Source: Solirubrobacterales bacterium
Lineage (GTDB): Bacteria > Actinomycetota > Thermoleophilia > Solirubrobacterales > 70-9
Reading direction: 5' to 3'
DNA: 64,000 nt
Assembly: GCA_035760445.1 (NCBI GenBank)
Contig: DASTSW010000014.1
Span: forward strand, 27,794 to 91,793
Below the pieces are notes generated by a model. That model worked only from the letters and a program-made list of their open reading frames with translations, searched no databases and was not told the DNA's origin. A program made the translations under genes and the position numbers. Shown here in pieces: positions 45,137 to 54,654 of the stretch. The first letter of the stretch is position 1; each line of letters starts with the position of its first letter.

Positions 45137-45876
45137 GCGGTCGCTCCCACGCGTGCGGCCTCGACAAGCGCCGCGATCACCCTGCTGCTCTCGTCCTCCT
45201 CGGGATGCCAGATGACGCCGAGGGCGAAGTGCTTGCCGGGCAGCTCGAGCGCCTCCGGCAGGTCGTCCTCGGCCGACCATCCCGTCACCTTCAGGCCTTC
45301 GCCAATGCGGTCGACTCCCTGGTGATGGTGAGAGAGAGCGAGGAAGGCCTCGGCCCCGGCCGCGGTGCAGGCGAGCGATTCGGGCTCGAGGCGGACGTGG
45401 TGCTCGCTGAAGGTGCCGGCCACGGTCCGGTGCGTCTCCGCGCCCAGCGTCTCGGGCAGGTGCTGGGTCAGGGTCCCGCCCAGGGCGACGTTCAGCAGTT
45501 GCATCCCGCGGCAGATCCCCAGCACCGGCATGTCGCGCTCCAGCGTCCGCCGCGTCAGTGCCAGCTCGAAAGCGTCGCGGTCGGGCCAGGTGCCCACCGT
45601 CGCCGGGTGCGGCTCGGCCCCGTAGCTGGACGGGTCGATGTCGGCGCCGCCGGCCAGCATCAGCGCATCGACCCGGTCGAGCAGCAGGTCGGGGTCCGCA
45701 ACCGCCGCCTCGTCTGGCGGCAGGACGATTGCGATGCCGCCGGCGCGCTGCACCGAGCGCACGTAGCTGCGCGGTGCCAACGCCACCTCGTAGCCGTCCC
45801 AGACCCCCCAGCTGACCCGCTCGACGCCGGCGCAGATTCCGATCGCCGGGGACTCGCTCCCCGCCGAGCCGCTCAC
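45133..45876 (-). CDS. gamma-glutamyl-gamma-aminobutyrate hydrolase family (PuuD-like, peptidase C26 GATase)
   Basis: VLGICRGMQLLNVALGGTLTQHL and LGVIWHPEE. The GTG start overlaps the upstream stop (GTGA, 45873-45876). Confidence 0.85.
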   Translation of the reverse strand: MSGSAGSESPAIGICAGVERVSWGVWDGYEVALAPRSYVRSVQRAGGIAIVLPPDEAAVADPDLLLDRVDALMLAGGADIDPSSYGAEPHPATVGTWPDRDAFELALTRRTLERDMPVLGICRGMQLLNVALGGTLTQHLPETLGAETHRTVAGTFSEHHVRLEPESLACTAAGAEAFLALSHHHQGVDRIGEGLKVTGWSAEDDLPEALELPGKHFALGVIWHPEEDESSRVIAALVEAARVGATA

Positions 45877-47201
45877 AGTCGCTCGAATCCCCGGTAGCGC
45901 TCCCAGTCGGTGACGGCCGCCTCGAACGCCTCGATCTCCACCCCCGCTCGGTTCAGGTAGTGGTCGACGACCTCGGAGCCGAACGCCCCCGCCGCCACCT
46001 CGCTCGCCGCGAAGGCGTCGCGCGCGGCGTAGATGTTCGACGGCACCCGCGGCTTGTCGGACTCATAGGCGTTGCCCTCGAAGGCCGCCTCCAGCGGCAG
46101 CTCCTCATCGATCCCGTGCAGGCCGGCGGCGATCATCGCGCTCAGCGCCAGGTAGGGATTGACGTCGGCCCCCGGCAGCCGGTTCTCGACCCGCAGCCCC
46201 TCGCCGTGGCCGACCACCCGCAGCGAGCAGGTGCGGTTGTCGTGCCCCCAGGCGATCGCGGTCGGCGCGAAGGAGCCGACGGCGAAGCGTTTGTAGCTGT
46301 TGACGTGCGGCGCGTACATCAGCGTCAGCTCCTCCATGCAGGCGAGCTGGCCGGCGACGAAGTGCTCGAACAGCGCCTGGTCGCCGGCGAAGGCATTGGC
46401 GCCGTCCTCGCCCGCCAGCGAGCAGTGGATGTGGCACGAGTTGCCCTCGCGCTCGTTGAACTTGGCCATGAAGGTGATCGCGTGCTCCTCCTGGGCGGCG
46501 ATCTCCTTGGCCCCGTTCTTGTAGATGACGTGGTTGTCGGCGCTGCGCAGGGCGGTGTCGTAGCGGAAGTTGATCTCGTGCTGGCCGAGGTTGCACTCGC
46601 CCTTGGAGTTCTCGACCTCCATCCCCGCCCCGGCCATCTCGTTGCGGATCCGGCGGATCAGCGGCTCGACCCGCGCCGTCCCCAGCAGCGAATAATCGAT
46701 GTTGTAGAGGTTGGCCGGCTCGAGGTCGTGGAAGCCCTTCTTCCAGGCCTCCTCGTAGGTGTTGCGGAAGACGATGAACTCCAGCTCGGTCGCGGCCGTG
46801 GCGGAAAAGCCGCGCTCGGCCAGGCGCGCCAGCTGGCGGCGCAGGATCTGCCGCGGCGAGGCGGCGACTTCGCGGCCGTCGTTCCACTGGATGTCGGCCA
46901 TCACCATCGCCGTCCCCGGCAGCCACGGCACCAGCCGCAGAGTCTCCAGGTCCGGGACCATCTCGAAGTCGCCGTAGCCGGTGTCCCAGGAGGACATCGC
47001 GTAGCCGCCGACCGTTTCCATGTCGACGTCGACTGCGAGCAGGTAGTTGCAGCCCTCGGCCCCGTGCTCGAGCACCTCGCCGATGAAGTGGCTCGCGGTC
47101 AGCCGCTTGCCCTGCAGGCGCCCCTCCATGTCGGCGATCGCGAGCAGCACGGTGTCGACCGTGCCGTCCGCGACTGCCTTCTTCAGCTCCTCGACGGTCA
47201 C
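45873..47201 (-). CDS. glutamine synthetase family protein (gamma-glutamyl-amine synthetase type, PuuA/GlnA3-4-like)
   Basis: 442-aa GS fold: LLAIADMEGRLQGKRL, TELEFIVF, NSCHIHCSL and NRTCSLRVV...RVENRLPGADVNPYL. Confidence 0.85.
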   Translation of the reverse strand: MTVEELKKAVADGTVDTVLLAIADMEGRLQGKRLTASHFIGEVLEHGAEGCNYLLAVDVDMETVGGYAMSSWDTGYGDFEMVPDLETLRLVPWLPGTAMVMADIQWNDGREVAASPRQILRRQLARLAERGFSATAATELEFIVFRNTYEEAWKKGFHDLEPANLYNIDYSLLGTARVEPLIRRIRNEMAGAGMEVENSKGECNLGQHEINFRYDTALRSADNHVIYKNGAKEIAAQEEHAITFMAKFNEREGNSCHIHCSLAGEDGANAFAGDQALFEHFVAGQLACMEELTLMYAPHVNSYKRFAVGSFAPTAIAWGHDNRTCSLRVVGHGEGLRVENRLPGADVNPYLALSAMIAAGLHGIDEELPLEAAFEGNAYESDKPRVPSNIYAARDAFAASEVAAGAFGSEVVDHYLNRAGVEIEAFEAAVTDWERYRGFERL

Positions 47202-47211
47202 CGGAGGAACG

Positions 47212-48804
47212 TTACGGCGCCGAAGGTCCGACCGCTGGCTCCTCGCCGATCTCTTTCTCGAGGTCGATCTCCCGCACCTGCCCGGTGAAGTGCTTGCGGG
47301 CGCTGGCGAACCAGGTGATCGCGGCGAAGAGGATCACCACGCCCACCATCAGCGGCGCGTAGTTGAACGACTCCCAGGTGAATTCGTCGTTCCACGGCAC
47401 CGCCAGCGGGGTGAACGGGAGGCAGAAGATGATCGTGATCAGGCCTACCCAGATCGTCGAGAAGAGGTTCATCCACCTGTACTTGCGACCGTTGTTCCAC
47501 GGCCCGGGCTCGAAATCGTCGCCCATCCGCCAGCGCAGGAAGATCGGGATCACGTAGGCGATGTAGAGACCGATGACGGTGATCGAGACGACCGCGAAGA
47601 AGGCGAAGGGCACGTTTTCCCCGTTCCCCTTCAGCGCCGGCAGGGTGATGATCAGCGCCGCGGCGGCCATCGTCAGCACGGCGTAGATCGGCACCCGCTC
47701 GGAGTTCACCCTCGAGATCACTCCCGAGGCCCGGCGGCCGAAGCCTTTGTCGCGGGAGAAGGCGTAACACATGCGCGAGGCGCTGGTCAAGCAGGCGGCG
47801 CCGCAGAAGAGCTGGCCGACGACGGAGATGATGAGGACGAACTTGCCCCAGCCGGTGCCAAGCGCTTCGGTCAGCAGGGTCGGCGAGAAGCCGAGCGCTT
47901 CGTTGGCTCCGTCGACGTTGGTGACCGCGAAGGTGATCGCCAGCAGCACGATCCAGCCGATCAGGGCCGAGTAGAAGATCGACTTCCACACTCCCTTCGC
48001 CGCGGATTCCGAGGCGCCGTGGGTCTCCTCGGAGATGTGGGCCGAGGCGTCGAACCCGGTGATCGTGTACTGGGTCAGCAGGAACCCGAGCGGGAGGATG
48101 TAGAACCAGTACATCCCGTCGCTGAAGCCGCTGTTGTTGATCCGCTCGGTGAAGACGAAGTCGACGCTCTGGTGGGTGTCGGGGACGATGATCAGGACCA
48201 GCACGATCGCCGCGACCCCGAGCACGTGCCACCAGACCGAGACGCTGTTGACCAGCGAGAGCAGGTGCGTTCGCCGGATGTTGACCGCCGTGTGCACCAG
48301 CAGGATCAGCGCGAATAAGAGGAAGACCTCGGCCAGGATGTGCACTTCGTCGCCGAAGTTGACTCCAAGCAGGTTCACTTCGTAGAGGCCGAGGACGACG
48401 TTGAGGAAGGTCGCGCAGGCGTAGTCGACCGAGGCGACCACCGCCGCCAACCCGATCAGGTTGAACCAGCCGGTGAACCAGGCCCAGACCGGTCCGCCCA
48501 GCCGTCCCGCCCACCAGTAGATGCCGCCGGCGGTCGGATAGGCGGAGACCAGCTCCGACATGCAGAAGCCGATGATCAGGATCGGGATCGAGATCAGGGG
48601 CCAGCCCCAGGAGATCGCGATCGGGCCGCCGTTGTTCCAGGCCTGACCGTAGGTCGTGAAGCAGCCGGCGAGAATCGAGATGATCGTGAACGAGATCGCG
48701 AAATTGGAGAACCCACTCCAAGCGCGATTGAGCGACTGTTTGTAGCCGAGCTCGGCCAGTCGCTGTTCGTCACGACTGGGGGACGAAACGTTGCTCTCCA
48801 TCAA
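47212..48804 (-). CDS. APC-superfamily amino acid/amine permease
   Basis: 530 aa with 12-13 TM segments. SGFSNFAISFTIISILAGC and SELVSAYPTAGGIYWW. Confidence 0.85.
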   Translation of the reverse strand: MMESNVSSPSRDEQRLAELGYKQSLNRAWSGFSNFAISFTIISILAGCFTTYGQAWNNGGPIAISWGWPLISIPILIIGFCMSELVSAYPTAGGIYWWAGRLGGPVWAWFTGWFNLIGLAAVVASVDYACATFLNVVLGLYEVNLLGVNFGDEVHILAEVFLLFALILLVHTAVNIRRTHLLSLVNSVSVWWHVLGVAAIVLVLIIVPDTHQSVDFVFTERINNSGFSDGMYWFYILPLGFLLTQYTITGFDASAHISEETHGASESAAKGVWKSIFYSALIGWIVLLAITFAVTNVDGANEALGFSPTLLTEALGTGWGKFVLIISVVGQLFCGAACLTSASRMCYAFSRDKGFGRRASGVISRVNSERVPIYAVLTMAAAALIITLPALKGNGENVPFAFFAVVSITVIGLYIAYVIPIFLRWRMGDDFEPGPWNNGRKYRWMNLFSTIWVGLITIIFCLPFTPLAVPWNDEFTWESFNYAPLMVGVVILFAAITWFASARKHFTGQVREIDLEKEIGEEPAVGPSAP

Positions 48805-48876
48805 CCCTCTCCCTTCCAGAGCCTTCCCAAGCTCATGGATAAAAGGTTTAGCGAACCGACCTATAAGGTTGGAGCG

Positions 48877-48905
48877 AGCCTAGAACCGCTTTTCACCCCT
48901 GTCAA
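48877..48905 (-). promoter_or_regulatory. sigma70-like promoter candidate for the amine-catabolism operon
   Basis: On the minus strand, TTGACA (48905-48900), N17, TAGGCT (48882-48877). A + strand TTGACC (48908-48913) lies back-to-back with it, facing the divergent kinase gene. Confidence 0.35.
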
Positions 48906-48949
48906 CCTTGACCCGCGGCGTTGGCTGTAGAGAATCCCTTTCTAACGTC

Positions 48950-49867
48950 ATGGCGCCACTCGCAGACATCCTCGGCCCGATCTCGACCCGGCTGGGCGAA
49001 CTCGAAGGCGAGCCGGTCGCCCTCACCGGCGGCATCACCAACCGCAACTACAAGGTCCGCTTCGCCGGCTCCGACGTGGTCGTGCGCCTGCCCGGCAAGG
49101 ACACCAACCTGCTGGAGATCGATCGGGCGGCGGAGAAAGCGGCCGCCGAAATGGCGGCGAGGGCGGGGATCGGACCGGCGGTGGTGGCAATGCTGGACGA
49201 CCCTCCCTGCCTGGTCACCGAGTTCGTCGTCGGCGAGCCGATGCGGCCGGAGGAGCTGCGCGAGTCGGGGACACTGGCCGAGGCGGCGGCGGCGCTGCGC
49301 GCTCTGCACGGCTGCGACGAGCGGCTGCCGGTCGAGTTCTCCAGCTACCGGATCGTCGAGACATACGCGGCGCGGATGGCCGATCGCGGCGCCGAGGTGC
49401 CGGGCAGCTACGAGTGGGCGACGGCCGCCGCGCACCGGATCGAAGCGGTCCTGGTCGGCCCCGAGCACGAGCCGGTGCCCTGCCACAACGACCTGCTCTC
49501 GGCCAACTTCATCCACTCGCCGCGTGGGGTGCGGCTGATCGACTGGGAGTACGCCGGGATGGGCGACCGCTACTTCGACCTCGGCAACTTCGCGGTCAAC
49601 AACGAGCTCGACGAGACCCAGGAGGCGGAGCTGCTGAGTGCCTACTTCGAGTCGCCGGCGAGCAGCTGCCGGCTGGCGGCGCTGCGCCTGATGCGCTTCA
49701 TGTCCGACTTCCGCGAGGCGATGTGGGGGGCGGTGCAGAGCACGATCTCCGACCTCGACTTCGACTTCGACGACTACTGCGCCAAGCACTTCGACCGGAT
49801 GCGCGAGTCCGCCGCCGACGGGCGCCTGGAGGAGCTACTGGAAGAGGCCGGCGGTGCCACGGGCTGA
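48950..49867 (+). CDS. choline/ethanolamine kinase-family phosphotransferase (APH fold)
   Basis: ATG at 48950 (MAPLADILGP...). GGITNRNYKV, CHNDLLSANFI and IDWEYAGMGDRYFDLGNF. No SD and a very short leader. Confidence 0.8.
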   Translation: MAPLADILGPISTRLGELEGEPVALTGGITNRNYKVRFAGSDVVVRLPGKDTNLLEIDRAAEKAAAEMAARAGIGPAVVAMLDDPPCLVTEFVVGEPMRPEELRESGTLAEAAAALRALHGCDERLPVEFSSYRIVETYAARMADRGAEVPGSYEWATAAAHRIEAVLVGPEHEPVPCHNDLLSANFIHSPRGVRLIDWEYAGMGDRYFDLGNFAVNNELDETQEAELLSAYFESPASSCRLAALRLMRFMSDFREAMWGAVQSTISDLDFDFDDYCAKHFDRMRESAADGRLEELLEEAGGATG

Positions 49868-52331
49868 GCTGCCCGACCGCGCCCGCTGCGTCATCGTCGG
49901 CGGTGGGGTCGGCGGCACCTCCCTCGCCTACCACCTCGCCGAGCTCGGCTGGGACGACGTCGTCCTGCTGGAGCGCTCCGAACTGACCTCCGGCTCGACC
50001 TTCCACAGCGCCGGTCTGGTCGGGCAGCTGCGCGGCTCGGTCTCGCTGACGAAGATGATGATGCACTCGGTCGAGCTCTACCGGCGATTGAAGGACGAGT
50101 CCGAGTTCGACCCCGGCTGGACCGAGTGCGGCGGCATCCGCCTCGCCTCCAGCGAGGAGCGGCTGGAGGAGCTGCGCCGCCAGGCGGGCTGGGCGAAGAC
50201 GTTTGGGCTGCCGCTGGAGCTGATCTCGGCCGAGGAGGCGCAGGAGATGTTTCCCCTGATGTCGACCGAGGGGGTGCTCGGCGCCGCCTGGCTGCCGACC
50301 GACGGCTACATCGACCCGGCGCAGCTGACCTACGCGCTCGCCGACGGCGCCCGGCGCGGTGGCTGCCGGATCTTCACCAACACCCGGGTGACCGGGGTCG
50401 AGGTCCGCGACGGGCGGGTGCGCGGGGTGCGGACCGAGCGCGGCGAGATCGAGGCCGAGGTGGTGGTCGACGCGGGCGGGATGTACGCGGCCGAGATCGC
50501 CCGGATGGCCGGCGTCCGCGTCCCGGTGATCCCGATGTCCCACCAGTACCTGGTGACCCAGCCGCACGAGGAGGTCCGCGAGGCACGCCGGGGAGGGCAC
50601 CTCCCCACCCTGCGCGACCCCGATCTGCTCGTCTATTACCGCGAGGACGGCGATGGGCTGGTGATGGGCGGCTACGAGCGGCGCAGCGAGCCGGCCTTCC
50701 TGCCCGGCGGCCCGAGCCGGGTCGAGGCGATCCCCGCCGACTTCAACGGGCGGCTGCTGGAAGAGGACTGGGAGCGGTTCGAGGAGATCACCGAGAACTC
50801 GAAGCGGCGGCTGCCGGCGATGGACCGGATCACCGTCACCAAGCTGATCAACGGGCCGGAGGCGTTCACCCCCGACAACGAGTTCTGCCTGGGGGAAACC
50901 GAGGTCGGCGGCTTCTTCGCCTGCGCCGGGTTCTGCGCCCACGGGCTCGCCGGCGCCGGCGGGATCGGGAAAGTCGTCGCCGAGTGGATCGTCGAGGGCG
51001 AACCGAGCCTCGACCTCTGGCACATGGACATCCGCCGCTTCGGCGCCCAGTACCGCTCGCCCGCCTACACCCACGCGCGGATCAAGGAGACCTACGAGAC
51101 CTACTACGACATCCGCTTCCCCAACCACGAGCGTGAGGCGGGGCGGCCGCTGCGGGTCTCCCCCGCCAACGCCTGGCACCGCGAGCACGGCGCCGCCTTC
51201 GGCGAGAAGTCCGGCTGGGAGCGGGTCAACTGGTACGAGTCGAACGCGTCCGCCGGCGACGAGGATCTACGGCCGCGCGGCTGGGCGGGGCAGCACTGGT
51301 CGCCGGCGATCGGCGCCGAGCACCGCGCCGCGCGCGAGGCGGTCGCCCTGTTCGACGAGACCTCCTTCGCCAAGCTCGAGATCGAGGGGCCGGGCGCCGA
51401 GTCGTTCCTGGAAACCCTCTGCGACAACCGGGTCGGCCGCGAGGTCGGCCAGATCACCTACACGCAGATGCTCAACCGCCGCGGCGGCATCGAGTGCGAC
51501 TTCACCGTGGCGCGGCTGGGCGAGAGGCGCTTCTCGATCGTCACCGGCACCGCCTTCGGCAACCACGACCGCGAGTGGATGCGCCGTCACCTCCCCGGTT
51601 ACGACGAGGTGCGGATCCACGACGTCACCTCGCGCTGGGCCTGCTTCGGGATCTGGGGGCCGCGGGCGCGCGAGGTCCTCCAGCCGCTGACTCCCCAGGA
51701 CCTCGCTGACGAGGCCTTCCCCTACATGAGCCTGCGCGAGACCACGGTCGGCAACGTGCCGGTGCGGATGCTGCGGGTCACCTACGTCGGCGAGCTCGGC
51801 TGGGAGATCTACTGCCCGACGGAGTACGGGCTGGGGCTGTGGCGGGCACTGTGGGAGGCGGGGCAGCCGCACGGCATCGTCGCCGGCGGCTACCGGGCGA
51901 TCGACAGCCTGCGACTGGAGAAGGGCTACCGCGTCTGGGGCGCCGACATCACCCCCGACGAGACTCCTTACGAAGGCGGGGTCGGGTTCTGCGTCAAGCT
52001 CGACAAGAAAGGTGGCTTCCTCGGCGACGGCGCTCTGATCGAGGCGAAGGATCGCGGCCCGCGGGCGCGCCTCTGCTGCCTCACCCTCGCCGACCCGCGG
52101 TCGATCGCGCTCGGCAACGAGCCGGTGCGGGTCGGCGGCGAGATCGCCGGCCGGGTGACGAGCGGCGGCTACGGCTACACCGTCGAGCGCTCGATCGCCT
52201 ACGCCTACCTGCCCTCCGAGGCGGCCGAGCCCGGGACCGCGATCGAGGTGGAGATCTTCGGCAGTTGGGTCGAGGGCGAGGTCGCCAGGGAGCCGCTCTT
52301 CGACTCCAAGGGCGAGCGGGTCCGCACCTAG
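49854..52331 (+). CDS. FAD-dependent oxidoreductase fused to a GcvT aminomethyltransferase domain (dimethylglycine/sarcosine dehydrogenase-like)
   Basis: GTG start. CVIVGGGVGGTSLAYHL (FAD motif). The C-terminal GcvT-like half includes YTQMLNRRGGIECDFTV and GYRAIDSLRLEKGYRVWG. Confidence 0.85.
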   Translation: MPRAELPDRARCVIVGGGVGGTSLAYHLAELGWDDVVLLERSELTSGSTFHSAGLVGQLRGSVSLTKMMMHSVELYRRLKDESEFDPGWTECGGIRLASSEERLEELRRQAGWAKTFGLPLELISAEEAQEMFPLMSTEGVLGAAWLPTDGYIDPAQLTYALADGARRGGCRIFTNTRVTGVEVRDGRVRGVRTERGEIEAEVVVDAGGMYAAEIARMAGVRVPVIPMSHQYLVTQPHEEVREARRGGHLPTLRDPDLLVYYREDGDGLVMGGYERRSEPAFLPGGPSRVEAIPADFNGRLLEEDWERFEEITENSKRRLPAMDRITVTKLINGPEAFTPDNEFCLGETEVGGFFACAGFCAHGLAGAGGIGKVVAEWIVEGEPSLDLWHMDIRRFGAQYRSPAYTHARIKETYETYYDIRFPNHEREAGRPLRVSPANAWHREHGAAFGEKSGWERVNWYESNASAGDEDLRPRGWAGQHWSPAIGAEHRAAREAVALFDETSFAKLEIEGPGAESFLETLCDNRVGREVGQITYTQMLNRRGGIECDFTVARLGERRFSIVTGTAFGNHDREWMRRHLPGYDEVRIHDVTSRWACFGIWGPRAREVLQPLTPQDLADEAFPYMSLRETTVGNVPVRMLRVTYVGELGWEIYCPTEYGLGLWRALWEAGQPHGIVAGGYRAIDSLRLEKGYRVWGADITPDETPYEGGVGFCVKLDKKGGFLGDGALIEAKDRGPRARLCCLTLADPRSIALGNEPVRVGGEIAGRVTSGGYGYTVERSIAYAYLPSEAAEPGTAIEVEIFGSWVEGEVAREPLFDSKGERVRT

Positions 52332-53068
52332 GCGGGCGCCTGGTCGAGCCCAAGCGGCGCCGGCAGCAGACCGGCGAGGATGTGCTCGGTGCCCTCGCTG
52401 TGCTCGCGCATCAGCCGCGCGGCCTTCGCTCCGTCGCCCTTGCGCAGCGCCTTGATCAGGCGGCCGTGCTGCTCGTTGGAGCGAGTCAGCACCGCCGGCG
52501 GGTGGGCGATCAACGCGATCAGGTCGCTCATCTGCGACTGCACGTCGGTCATCGCGCTGACCAGGCGCGGCGAGTGCGCCGCCTCGGCGATGCCGATGTG
52601 GAAGCGAATGTCGGTGCGGCGGTACTCGCCGAAGTTCTCCAGCTCACCGGCCATCTTCGCGACCAGCTCTTCGAGCCGGTCGAACTGCGCCTCGCTCCCC
52701 CGCTCCGCCGCCAGCAGCACCGCCCCGGACTCGATCGCGACCCGGTAGTCGAGGACAGCCCAGGCGCTCTGCTCGAGCGGCTCGCCGGCGTGCTCGGTCA
52801 ACGGCGGCTGCTCGGCGACGAAGGTGCCGCCGCTGCGTCCCCGCTGCGAGACCAGGTGCCCGCTCTGGACCAGCGCGGTCAGCGCCTGCCGCAAGGTCGA
52901 GCGCGAGATCTTCAGCCGCCGCGCCAGCTCCCGCTCCGGCGGTAGCTTGGCGCCGGGTACCAGCAGTCCCGCCCGGATCGCACTCCCCAAGCGCTCCACC
53001 GTCTCCTCGAACGTGCTCGCCGGCGTAACCGGCATGAACACAGCCTCAAGCGCCGCGTCGCGCTCCAT
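52328..53068 (-). CDS. GntR/FadR family transcriptional regulator
   Basis: LPPERELARRLKISRSTLRQALTALVQSGHLVSQRGRSGGTFV plus a helical FCD-type C-terminal domain. Confidence 0.85.
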   Translation of the reverse strand: MERDAALEAVFMPVTPASTFEETVERLGSAIRAGLLVPGAKLPPERELARRLKISRSTLRQALTALVQSGHLVSQRGRSGGTFVAEQPPLTEHAGEPLEQSAWAVLDYRVAIESGAVLLAAERGSEAQFDRLEELVAKMAGELENFGEYRRTDIRFHIGIAEAAHSPRLVSAMTDVQSQMSDLIALIAHPPAVLTRSNEQHGRLIKALRKGDGAKAARLMREHSEGTEHILAGLLPAPLGLDQAPA

Positions 53069-53088
53069 AAGAAGAACGGTACCGCCGC

Positions 53089-53406
53089 TTAGGAATCTGT
53101 GTCCATGTAGCGATTGAAAGCCTCGCGCGCGAGGTCACTGAGCGAGCGCCCTTCTTTGTCCGCCCGAGCCCATGCTGCTTTGTAGAGGTCGGGCGGAACG
53201 CGGAAGCTGACCCGAGGCGATGGGCCGTTGGGGCCGAGGGAGGGGCGGCCGACGTAGCGGCGCCTCCACTTGGACAGGTCGGGAGGGTTCTTCTCGAAAT
53301 CTTCCGCCATCTGCTCGGCGATCTCCTCAGTGATCACCGTTCCCGAGCTGGTTACCGCCAGAATCTCTTCGTCTTTTTCAGCCTTCTGTTTCTTCACTTT
53401 GCCCAT
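53089..53406 (-). CDS. ribbon-helix-helix (RHH) antitoxin (BrnA/CopG-like)
   Basis: The C-terminal RVSFRVPPDLYKAAWARADKEGRSLSDLAREAFNRYM is an RHH pattern. It overlaps the upstream toxin-like gene by 13 nt. Confidence 0.6.
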   Translation of the reverse strand: MGKVKKQKAEKDEEILAVTSSGTVITEEIAEQMAEDFEKNPPDLSKWRRRYVGRPSLGPNGPSPRVSFRVPPDLYKAAWARADKEGRSLSDLAREAFNRYMDTDS

Positions 53407-53750
53407 TCCCGCGCCTCCTCATAGAAGCCCTGGAGTCGACTTCCCAGATTCATTGCGTGAATCACCAAAAATTCATCTTCGTCGGGTTCAACCGCAAGGA
53501 CCTCAAGGGGAACTCCCTCGAGATCGTCGCCTATGAATACAACCCGCTGGTCGACACCAGAGTTCGCCGGATTCCGATAACGATCGACCAGTTGTAAGCC
53601 GCAGTGTTCGATGACGTAGAGCGACCGCTCCCGCGAAATCCGGTGCTTGGTAGCTGAACGAGCGAACGTGATCCGGGCCTCTTCGAGCCAAGCATTCTGT
53701 CTGACAGAATAGCGGAGCTCCGGATCCAACTCGGTCCGCAGCACACGCAT
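53394..53750 (-). CDS. putative BrnT-like (DUF497-type) toxin
   Basis: ATKHRISRERSLYVIEH...QRVVFIGDDLEGVPLEVLAVEPDEDEFLVIHAMNLGSRLQGFY resembles the KH.IS.EE...G....L.V......VIHAM...Y pattern. The start is uncertain because the ORF is open up to 53966. The region looks lower in G+C by eye. Confidence 0.45.
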   Translation of the reverse strand: MRVLRTELDPELRYSVRQNAWLEEARITFARSATKHRISRERSLYVIEHCGLQLVDRYRNPANSGVDQRVVFIGDDLEGVPLEVLAVEPDEDEFLVIHAMNLGSRLQGFYEEAREWAK

Positions 53751-54034
53751 CAGTAGCCACGGCGGGTTGACCTCTTCGTAGCGCGTCTTCGGCACGAAGA
53801 CGAAGGCGCGTCCGTCCTCGGCTAGGTGGAGGTAGTCCCGCGCCGCGTACGGCTTTGCGGGATGGCACAGCCACAACCCTCCAGAGGAGGGTTTGACCGA
53901 ACAAGACGTAGGTGTGCCGGCTCTGGAAATTCTTCGCCGCGAAATACACGGCGCTGTCGATTTCATCCTTCTTCGTTCGTCGTCTGGGTAAAGGGAATCC
54001 GAAAGCCGGGTTCTGCCGACCGAAGGAGGACACC

Positions 54035-54613
54035 ATGGGAAGGATCGTCGTAACCGAGTTCATCTCCGTCGACGGAGTGATCGAGGCGCCGGGCGGGGGC
54101 GAGAGCTATAGCCGCGGCGGCTGGGCCTTCGACTTCGACCGGGGCGAGGAGGGCGACAAATTCAAGCTCGACGAGCTGGTGGAGGCCGACGCCCAACTGC
54201 TCGGCCGCGTCACCTACGAAGGCTTCGCCGCCGCCTGGCCCGAGCGCGAAGACGAGGCCGGCTTCGCGGAGAAGATGAACGGGATGCCGAAGTACGTCGT
54301 CTCCTCCACCCTCACCGACCCGGAGTGGCAGAACACGACCGTGCTCGAGGGCGATCCGGCTGCGGCCGTCGCCCAACTGCGGGACGAGGTCGACGGCGTC
54401 ATCCTCATCGCCGGCAGCGCCACCCTCGTCCGGACCCTGATCGAGAACGACCTGGTCGACGAACTGCGGCTGATGGTCTTCCCGGTCCTGCTCGGCGAGG
54501 GAAAGCGGCTTTTCCCCGAGGGGCAGGCGAAGAAGCCGCTGACCCTGACCGAGTCGAAAACCGTCGGCGACGGCGTCTCGATCCTTCGCTTCGAGCCGCA
54601 GCAAAGCGATTAG
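54035..54613 (+). CDS. dihydrofolate reductase family protein (RibD C-terminal domain-like)
   Basis: ATG at 54035. MGRIVVTEFISVDGVIEAPGG...LLGRVTYEGFAAAWP...PKYVVSSTL...LRLMVFPVLLGEGKRLF. Confidence 0.85.
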   Translation: MGRIVVTEFISVDGVIEAPGGGESYSRGGWAFDFDRGEEGDKFKLDELVEADAQLLGRVTYEGFAAAWPEREDEAGFAEKMNGMPKYVVSSTLTDPEWQNTTVLEGDPAAAVAQLRDEVDGVILIAGSATLVRTLIENDLVDELRLMVFPVLLGEGKRLFPEGQAKKPLTLTESKTVGDGVSILRFEPQQSD

Positions 54614-54654
54614 GACGCCCGGCCAGCTCACCCTGCCCGCGGGTAGGGTGAGCC

